Shown here: one piece after another, positions 54,170-64,000 of the stretch
How the letters are laid out: every line of letters starts with the position of its first letter
How positions within the stretch are numbered: position 1 is the stretch's first letter
Assembly: GCA_951406725.2 (NCBI GenBank)
Contig: OX597814.1
Location: forward strand, 210,242,001 to 210,306,000
Direction of reading: 5' to 3'
DNA: 64,000 nucleotides
Origin: Octopus vulgaris
Lineage: Eukaryota
Notes under the pieces: generated by a model
The model's database searches: none
What the model saw: the letters and a program-made list of their open reading frames with translations, nothing else
What the model was told of the DNA's origin: nothing
Made by a program: the position numbers and the translations under genes

Positions 54170-57100
54170 ATATATATACTTGTGTGTGTGAGTGTGCATC
54201 CGTGTGTGTGTTTGTGTACACATCGACGAAACGAAAGAAACGGATACTCAACAGATTTGGTAGCAGTTACATGCATATATGTAGTTTCGTAAGCTCGTCA
54301 CAGGAAACTTTTTTTGCGAGTAAACCATCCTGCCGTTTTGTCAGAATGCTCTATGACTTTCCAAACCCAATTTTTCTTGAAAACGATATATAATATAACT
54401 GCTTCACATGGAAATGCACTGTAACATTTGTGAAGTAAATAGATTCTTTTTTTATTACCAGCTACGTTGATATGAAAATGGGATTTTATAATTAAATATG
54501 AAGCTAGTAATTATTCCCATTTTCAGTTATGGAAAGCACATGGGTTTTTATTATCAGATACGTTCATAGGAAATCGGGTTTTTACATTTAAATATAAAGA
54601 TAGTATTTATTCATACTTTAAATTATATAAAGGTTCTATTCCTATCTGATTAAGTGAGTAATTTTCTCGCAATAATTATATATTTGAAATAGATTATAAT
54701 TTTTTTTTTCTGTGACAATATCGCGGAAGAATGTAAGATTTTATACATGCATTGTTTTGTAGATTTAATTATATGACGATATAATAATGTTGGTTATGTA
54801 CGCGGTTAATTACTGTGTTATTTGGCGAACAACAAAAAATACTTAAGTCTAAACACTGATAACGCTTCTTGTACAATGAATAGTGTCTGCTTGCAAAGTA
54901 TTTGTCATATCTAGAGGTACATAAATTTTTGTACTGTTAACCGGTTATATTCTGCACTCTGTATGCTATCATTGACTTCGACCTCAGATAGTTTATTTTC
55001 AAACTAAGAGTAATAATGTTCTGATCAATTATGCCAGTGATGCATGCACACTTAATGTTATAAATATATGTTATTTAAATATATCCTTTCGTAAATTAGT
55101 CATACTCAGCTGATAAAAGAATTGGGTTAACTGACTGCGTTATCAGCAAGTATTATATGAGGTGGTTCATTGATTTTCCAAGTTTCAAGTGTTCTCTATA
55201 TATTATAGTAATTACCTTTCTTAGTTATATAGGATTCCCATTTTTACATTATACATATTCATTCATTCTTCAATTACGTTTCTTCAATCAATATGGAATT
55301 TCCATGTTTCACAGAGTTCTCTTTAGAGGTCTTCAAGTATTTCGTTCATAGACCTTTTATAAATACAAGTAATATTAAAGGTTCACATCTTATATTCTAT
55401 TAATTCATACATAGTTTTTGGACGTAGTGTCTGCGCTTGTTTGCTTACCTTTCATGAAATTTCCAATACCACTTGTATTGCAGATTCTTTGAAGTGTTTC
55501 AAATAAGACCCTACAGTAAAGCAGAATCTATATGCTGTTTACCTTATCATATACTTTATCTTACAGTGCGAATATGATCCTTACATGACATGTTCAATAA
55601 TTATTAATAGAAAAGTGATAAATTCTTTTGTATAAGGCATTGCATTGCTGTAATTTTTAACTTCATGTAAGTTTTTTCCTTTCTTAATAGTGCATGGATG
55701 GTGTAAATCATACAAAAGTCTAGCGGTTGTGGAATCCGATAATTTGATGTATTGACAAATAGTTATATTTTGGCAACAGTACCTCAAGCTTCACTAATGT
55801 GTGTCCAACTACCTAACCGGTTTTGATGTACTTATAGAGAACTTGGATCTACGAAGTGGCCATATCTTCGAGATTCATTGTTGTATTGTGAAAAGCTAAA
55901 TTTGAGAAGTACTCTAGGTAGATACTATGCATAAGCCTGATGGTGATGGTGCAGCCACAAAATTCATTTGAATCGTTGTTGATATTTTACATTTTTAGTC
56001 TGGTACTGTTATCTTCCAATGTCAGACCCTTTAGAATCCATTATAAGAAGACTAACCTCATCTCGGTTTAATTTTTGGAAATAAGCATCGACATTTTCTA
56101 AATTTCTATACAATGTGTGCCCTTCTATATGGCATTCTTATATCTTGCAGAATGAGATATTATTCAGGAAAAGGTTTGGTTGACAGCTAACCGAGTTTAT
56201 ATAACTGACAATTATGCAATGCCATATGTATGCATGTTTAATGCAGCTATACGTATGAGGCAGTTTGCTATGTTGTGGTGTAAGTTCTCAGTATTTCTAA
56301 GATAATTCTTCTTCTTAAAAATCGGGCACGACTTTGAAAATTTATAAGAAAAGATGTGATTTATCTTGAACAAAAACAGTGAAGCAACGAACAGGCACGC
56401 CGTTAGGAAATGATAAATTGTTTGCATGTTTTACTTCACAATTTTGTTCCTCACATCCACTCGCGTGGCGCGCACTCATGCACGCACAACAAACACATAC
56501 ACACAGACACACACTTACATACACACGCACAAGCAAGGACAAATACACACAAACTTACGATTATATACATGCATAATGACTACCTCTTATATACAAAGAC
56601 ACACTTTATTTAACATCTAAAGAATGATTTGCTATGTATTTCCATGCTGTAAATTAGTTGTGTGTTGTACTGTGGTATTTATGGAAATGCATCAGATTCA
56701 TATTGTTATGTAGTTTCTATCGAAGCTCGAAGTTTCCATTCGATTATGTATGTTAACGAATGGTACGGATTCGATTGAATGGACCATTTACTACACCAGG
56801 GTATACATATATTCATATAACTATGTATATAGCTCTATAATGTTTTCTCTAGAGAATCTATAGTAATGCATGTCAAAGACATCTCCCCATACATACATAA
56901 TAAAGAAATGAATGCACGTTGATGCATAGAGACAAGAAGAAATTATACCGAATGAGGCGTAGAGTAGTATAATCTTATGAGCGAAATCATTGTACATACC
57001 CAACAGTATGACGGATTGATGCAATGCAAAAATAATAATTTAGAATACATAAAATTAGAAGACAAAGAAATTGCAACTGGTATAATTATATAACTGCTGT

Positions 57101-57309
57101 TTTGAAATTTTAGCTCTACAAAAACCTTCTCAGACATTGTGATTAATCAAACCTGCAAAATATATGCTAAGTATCTTTTCAGAAACATGTTAGTTAAAAT
57201 TATTAACAAAATTCACAGCACTTCTACTTTCCAAACATAGGTAACAATATGTCAGTTACATATGGTTCAGTAAAAAATTTATAATCTTTCTACGATAAGT
57301 ACAGGGACA

Positions 57310-57480
57310 GAAATTTGGTGGGATCCTAGTGTTCAACTGTTAATTATTTTATCGGCTCCGGAATGATGAAGGGCATTGTCGACTTCTGTGGAATTTGAAC
57401 TCAGAGCGTAAAGCCGGAAGAAATGCCACAAAGTATATTATCCAGCGTGCTTGCTGACGATTCTGTTAGCTCGCTGGCTT
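57310..57480 (-). mobile_element. SINE family C fragment
   Basis: TTTTATCGGCTCCGGAATGATGAAGGGCATTGTCGACTTCTGTGGAATTTGAACTCAG...GATTCTGTTAGCTCGC matches the reverse complement of the 26.6 kb copy. Confidence 0.7.
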
Positions 57481-59249
57481 ATTAATATGTATAATAATAA
57501 GCAACATATACTTCGATATCATATAAATTGCAATTACTAAACATTGCTACAAGTGCTATCAACTTTCGTCGGCGTCTACACCCTTATTACTCATCAGAAG
57601 TTAAAACAATGATGGATTTAAGAAATTCCATATACTTCAACAGCAAAGAACCCTAGAAACAAAAGGCTAACGATTCGTCGATCCCAGCGTAGGAGCAAAT
57701 GATTTGGCAGAAATAAGTTTCATTAATCTAGCATAAAATGGTAACATGGTACACACTATAATAGAATATGTAGGTTATTGAGCTGTGGTTTTAATATTAC
57801 GTTGTATAACGTAAAAACTAATGAGGTTTTCGAAATCCTCGCTAAAATAATTCTCGTTAAAATTTTGATGCAGATTTACATCATAATGTTTCTTGTAAAT
57901 ACTTCAGTACATCAATAGGAACGTCTCACAAGATATAAGTGCTTTATTATCTGCGATGTAGTTTTCCAACGTCGAATAGTTTTAACTAAACACAACTGGC
58001 GCAACGACGAAAAATTCCACAGGGAACGAGGACCAACCAAAGGCATACTACTCTGGTATAGTCTTTTTTTAATCAAGACATAAATGCATCGCTGCACGAT
58101 ATCTAAATTTAGATACATACATTGCCATGATCTTAAATATCATACAATTTTAAACTAAAACATGATTAACATAAACTCCTTCACTGTCAGTATCTTAGCA
58201 GCATTTTACTTGACACTTTTTTAACAACAGAACATTAAGTATTTCCAATATCATCCACTAACCAGTTCCATAAATCATGTCTTATGTCAAATTACCGATG
58301 TCTATTGGGTAGATGCTACACCACGAAACGTACAAATAATTACATTGATATCAAAACTTGTGCGATTGCCTTCGAATAATAATTTAAGGGCAATTACACA
58401 TGTTTTCATACCAAATAAATCATTCAAAATACAGCAAAAGTTACAACAAATTCTCGGATTCTGTGTAACGTATCTCCAATAAGAAACAACAAACATGATT
58501 CATCTGGGAACATACTGAATTGTAATTCTTAACTCGTATATTTTCAGGGAAAATTTCATATTTATTCAAGACTTACACAATTGCACAGCAATTAAAGTTG
58601 GCTCACATTATACTCTATTAATGCAGTGCACAGTTTTTACAGATAAAATACACTTAATGTACTCCCCTTTGCTCTGGATACAAGAGGATCAATGCTTATA
58701 TGTACATACATGCCTAACATACTGTATTCTGTTTATATCTATTCGCATTACTCGTTTTCTATCCCTACGTTCTACTAAGCATTCTTACCGTTTTCACTTC
58801 CGACAACAGCTCCCTTTCAATCGTTTCCCAATCCCATCTACAACCTATTATCCTCTTTTTCAGAACGAGAGCAATTACAGCCGATCAAACCTAGCATTTG
58901 TTCTTAAATAATACAATTCAGAAGAAATTAATTGAAACATTTTAAAATGTCTTGCGGCCACATGGATAGTCTATTGTAAGTCGCATTAACTGAAGTGTCA
59001 AAAGACAAAAGGCAGGCACGTGCTGAAGATGTTTCTGATCACACACACACACACACATATGTGTGCATAGCCACACTGTTGAAGTTCATACATATATATC
59101 ATATACATTCATATATACATACATACATACATACATACATACACATTCATATATACATACATACATACATACATACATACATACATACATACACGCGTAC
59201 ATACATACATACATACATACATGTATATATAAGTGTGTGTATGTGTGAA

Positions 59250-59590
59250 GGCGCATGGCTTAGTGGTTAGAGCGTCGAGCTTACGATCATGAGGTTGTGA
59301 GTTCGATTCCCGGACGGGGCTGCGTGTTGTCTTCTTGAGCAAGACACTTTATTTCACATTGCTCCTGTTAACTCAGCTGTAGAAATGAGTTGCGACATCA
59401 CTGATGGCAAGCTCTATCGGCCTTTGCCTTTCCCTCGGATAACATCAGTGGTGTGGAGAGGGGATGCTGGTATGCATGGGCGACTGCTGGCCTTCCAGAA
59501 ACAACTTTGCCCGGACTTGAACTTGTGCCACGGAGGGTAACTTTCTAGGTGCAATCCCATGGTCATTCGTGGCCGATGGGGGCTCCGGCT
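59250..59590 (+). mobile_element. tRNA-derived SINE family D (CORE/V-like central domain)
   Basis: GGCGCATGGCTTAGTGGTTAGAGCG (A box), GAGTTCGATTCCC (B box), then TTGAGCAAGACACTTT...ACTCAGCTGTAGAAATGAG. Confidence 0.8.
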
Positions 59591-59597
59591 ATATATA

Positions 59598-59785
59598 TGT
59601 CTCACCACTTCATCCTACGTGGATATTCACACCGCTCTTGCCAGAGCACATTCCGTGGACCGTGCATCTGCTCTCTCCTCCGCACTCGCCCCACCGTCAC
59701 CCGTCTCCCGTTTCCCCTCACCTACCACTTCCTCACCCTACCTCTCCAACGCACCATTCTCCGACACACCATTCTCCGAAAAGCT
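59598..59785 (+). pseudogene. Second PLE RT-thumb/linker fragment
   Basis: Across frameshifts: HFILRGY..TALARAHSVDRASAL...RLPFPLTYH...LQRTILRH. This matches the PLE RGYP...RA...R..LL...P..LTYHP pattern, the same region as 52372-52240. Starts after a short TA run. Confidence 0.6.
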
Positions 59786-59849
59786 ACGGAAGCCAACCAC
59801 AAAGTGTAAGAGAGAACAATCAATATATGGTTTTATAGAATTTTAAAGT

Positions 59850-60195
59850 ACAGACTGATAGTGAAATACATGCCAGGCGATCGGATATTATGGTTAATAG
59901 GGGAAACGTGTGCACTGTCATCGACTTGACTATGGCTGTGGGCATGAATGCAACAGTCAAAGAACAGGAGAAAACAGGAAAATAACAGGATTCGACTAGG
60001 TATATATGACGATAATAGAGAAATTATAGAAAAGCAATCCTAGTTGTTATAGGCGCCCTAGTTACCCTTGCATTGGTTCAGAAATCTGCTTTGTAGGGAA
60101 CAGCAATTATTATAAGAAAAGATAACTAAGTTAACTAGTTGTGACCCGGTATGAAGGATATTGACTCAGAATGTAAAACGTTCGTGTACACCATG
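59850..60195 (+). pseudogene. Degenerate R4/Dong-like endonuclease 3' end
   Basis: RRSDIMV...CTVID, VKEQEK, LVVIGAL, VQKSAL*GTAIIIRK, followed by an (AAC/AAT)n tail. Confidence 0.65.
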
Positions 60196-60259
60196 AACAA
60201 CAACAACAACAATAACAATAACAATACTTTCGTTTATAGCCACAATCACTGATAGTTGG

Positions 60260-60400
60260 TGGTGGTGGGGAGGATATGGTCGATTACAGCCACCCCACTG
60301 TTCAACTAGGACTTATTTTATCGACTCAAAAAAAAATGGAATTTGGGGCGGAATTTGAATTCAGAAGGTAAGGACATGCCAATGATACTGCCAGCTCGTC
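60260..60400 (-). mobile_element. SINE family C fragment
   Basis: GGTCGATTACAGCCACCCC...ACTTATTTTATCGACTC...GGCGGAATTTGAATTCAGAA...CTGCCAGCTCG. Confidence 0.55.
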
Positions 60401-60430
60401 ACCTTCATAGTACTGAAGGTGCTTCTGCTT

Positions 60431-60630
<200 letters not shown>

Positions 60631-61489
60631 ACTATATCAAAACCAGTAACATCATATCTCATATTCAACATGCAGGAAATAAAAACTAGCAAAGCATATA
60701 ATAAAGAGCGACATGTGAACTGCAAGAAAATTATGTGTATAATATACTTATGTAACAAATGCAATATTACATGTTCGGAAAGGCATAAGAAGTATACAGG
60801 CATTTTATTCTACTTCCTTTTTCTACGCAAATAATGAATATTTATGTAAATGGCTGATTCCATTACTCTCTTGCAGAGGCAAATAATGAACATTTATGAA
60901 CATGGTGGAACCCATAGAACTAATATCTCAAGGGAAATCTGGGCAATGAAAAAAATGGCAAATAACATCGATATATATAGGGAGGTCGATGAAAATAACC
61001 TGTCACTTCGACATAATTCATAGTTATTATAGGGAACTCCTTGTCAAATTACACGGCAACGTGCGAAGCCTTTAAGGGTTAGGAAATTATCATTTGACTT
61101 GTTGCATCAATTTCAATATCTTTAAGGACAGTATAACAGTCGTATTATCTCGACATCACCGACACACGTTTGGTATATATATATATATAATATAATATAA
61201 TATAATATAATATCCGTTCTACCTGTGTGTGTGTGACTTCTAGGATCTCGGGCATCCTCCATCCGATTGCGCTAAAATTTGATATATAGATACCGGCAGT
61301 TTCAGGGCGTGTATAAGTCTTGAAAACAAATTACAAAAATCGATTCCAGATGAGAATGCGATCGATAAAACCGTGGGAACGTGCATTTGTATGCGCAAGT
61401 ACATCAGCTGTTGCGATCGATACTAAGCGTTCGCGAGAAAGATGCACGTGCAGTTTGCGCAAAAGAGCCGACTGGCTTGAAATAATGCC

Positions 61490-62105
61490 AGAAAATGCAG
61501 TATATTTAGGCGGCGTTGTGTTGCTTCTCTTGGGTGACTTTCGGCAAACTCCCCCAATAGTCCCTAAAAGTCATCCGGGTGATGAAGTAGAGACTTGCAT
61601 CAAACATTCTTATCTTTGGCGTTTTGTCTACACAAGAAGATTGAGCACTAATATGCGCTCTATGATTCACGGTCCAGAGGGCGCTGAAGACTTTGCTGCT
61701 AAGCTATTGGATATTGGTAATGGCAACCTCCCGACAGATGCAAACGGGTTGACTGACCTCACTTCTATCGGTAACTACGTGTCTGGGTCCGATGAATTTG
61801 TCAAACAGTTTACCCCGGTCTATCTTCTAATTTCGCTGACCATCAATGGTTGTGTGAAAGACCCATTTTAGCGCCAACCAATGCCAACGTCAATAAGCTT
61901 AACACTCGCTTCCTTCGTCAACTGCCAACCGAAGAACGAACCTACACATCCGTCAATTCAATTACTGACCCAGAGCAAGCCATGGTGTACCCGATCGAAT
62001 TTCTTAACTCACAAGAACCATCGGGTTTGCTACCCCATAAACTCTGCCTCAAGGTTGGAAGTTCCATTATTCTCCTCCATCCACTGGACGGGAGCGCGTT
62101 TTGCT
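61490..62105 (+). pseudogene. Helitron Rep/Hel Pif1-like helicase fragment
   Basis: LGGVVLLLLGDFRQTPPIV...LW...LSTNMR...FAAKLLDIGNG; after a frameshift, ERPILAPTNANVNKLN...YPIEFLNSQEPSGLLPHKLCLKVGSSIILL. Truncated by (TA)n. Confidence 0.9.
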
Positions 62106-62106
62106 C

Positions 62107-62183
<77 letters not shown>

Positions 62184-64000
62184 GTGTGTATGTGCGTGTG
62201 TGTTTGTGTGTGTGTGTAATGAATAGGTTCGTATGTACAGGGTCAACAAAAAGTGTACTCCATCTAACGAGAGTAAATATTGTTGTATTTTTTTAACAAA
62301 TTTACTCAATTTGATATTGTAGATTTCTACCCCTCAATATCCAGAACACTACTAGACACAGCAATTGAATTTGCTTAATCGCATGTCATTATTGAGCCCA
62401 TGGATTGAGAACTCGTTAGACACGCGATGAAAATATTACTATTCACTAAAGAGGCAGCTTGGATAAAAAAAGTCGAGTAGTAATGGACTATTCGATGTTT
62501 GTATGGGAGCATACGATAGCGCAGTCATGCGATCTAGTGGGCTTATATATATTAGCTGCACTACATTATAATTACCCATCTCATGATGTGGGACTATACT
62601 GAGATGACGGTTTGATTGTCTCCCACGGGTGTGGCGGTCGAGCAATAGATAAATTTAGAAAGCAGTTAATTTCTACTTTAGTCATTTGGGACTAAAAATA
62701 TAACTACTAAAAATGTAACTACTAATCTTTCTGTAGTTGATTATTTAGATGTGTCATACGACCTACATTCTTCCTCTTACAAGCCGATTCATAAAATTAA
62801 GGAAAAAGTAACATACATACATAAGTAGTCATGCCACCTAGGAACTTAATAGAGAATATTATCAACAGTGTGTCAACTCTTTCGTCCTCTTATGAATTTT
62901 TTGATAAGGTCGTACCATATTATAATAAAGCTTTGGCAATTGGCGGATTTAGTAAAAAAATGATAGTCTAAGTATCAATAATGAAAAAACAAAGCGTAGG
63001 CATAGGTCTAGAAATATTATTTGGTTTGCTACATGTTTTGGAATACGGATTATAAAGAAAATATAAACTTACTGGTCCTAACTTTTATGGTCATACAATA
63101 AGTGCTACTATATGCAGCAATTATAAATATATTATCATCAATGAAATATATATTCGAGCGATACAGTAATAAGTCTCGGTAAATTTTGCTAACAAACAAT
63201 TCAATGCTAAGAAAGATTATACACAGAAAACTGCAACGTTGCGTTTACTTTGAGATAAGATATCTTTGACATTTTCGCTTATTGTCTCCGTTATCTTCTA
63301 AGGAACAAGAATAAATTAATGCAGTAGCAAAGAACAATAAAAAGATAAGTGTTCTTTTACGGGAACAAGAAGAATAAACGTAATACGGCGATATCACTTA
63401 AAATTGAATGAAGTGGACAAATTTAAATGTCGCCAAATGTTAATTAATATTTAACAGAGGTTGAATCATGTGTGCACGTTTGTTTGCATTTTACAAGCTC
63501 TCATTCATATTGAAATGGAAACACATTAAAAAGACTGGATATCTTGATATTTCGTGTTCCAAGTCTAAAATTATATAATCTAAAGCTTCATATTTATGTT
63601 CCCCTCAAAAGTTGGCTCCTTTTATCTTTTACTGGTTTCAATCATTGAACTGCGGCTATGCTAATGCACTACCTTGAAAAGTTTAGTCCAAGAAACCCAC
63701 CCCGGTACTTAACACATTATACTTATTCTATATGTACAATGCCTGATATTTGAGGCAGGAGGTGTTCGAGGATCTTCCCAGGGACAAAGCGAGAAATGCA
63801 AGCGCCAGTCTCTGAAAGCATCTAGAGGCTAAGTGCGGCTTCTTTGGGTAAACTTATCGGCAAGTCAAAATTTATTTGATATTTTTTGAGCTATTAAAAT
63901 GCTTGTATTGGGGAATGGGATATTGTGTTTCCTTTTCCTTTTATGCAAACTGTCAACTCTGACCCGAACTGTTTATATATCTGTGGGTGTCTCTACTATC

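Noticed and set aside
61320-62296. Host PIF1 helicase gene
   Set aside because: Intronless, frameshifted and truncated, with Helitron-type motifs (PxEFLNS...PHxLxLKVG).

Overview
AT-rich, microsatellite-dense eukaryotic non-coding DNA (intronic or intergenic). Its tRNA-derived SINE families suggest an octopus or other coleoid cephalopod genome; this is an inference and was not searched. No intact host gene is visible. Almost all ORFs in the track are translations of microsatellites or SINEs. The recognisable coding relics are all transposon fragments: R4/Dong, Tx1/L1 and RTE LINEs, mariner and Tc1 transposases, a Helitron Pif1-like helicase, and two Penelope-like (PLE) pieces. The most striking signal is a recurrent architecture embedded in (TA)n runs: an inverted-repeat fold-back with a one-sided tail, found at about 32.9, 33.2-33.9, 40.2, 43.3, 51.3-52.5, 52.7 and 53.6-54.2 kb. 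Several of these, plus short non-coding repeats, carry minimal type-I hammerhead ribozyme motifs. One copy still encloses an open 244-codon PLE RT-thumb plus GIY-YIG endonuclease frame. Together these point to a diverse set of (TA)n-targeting, hammerhead-bearing Penelope-like retroelements and non-autonomous derivatives.
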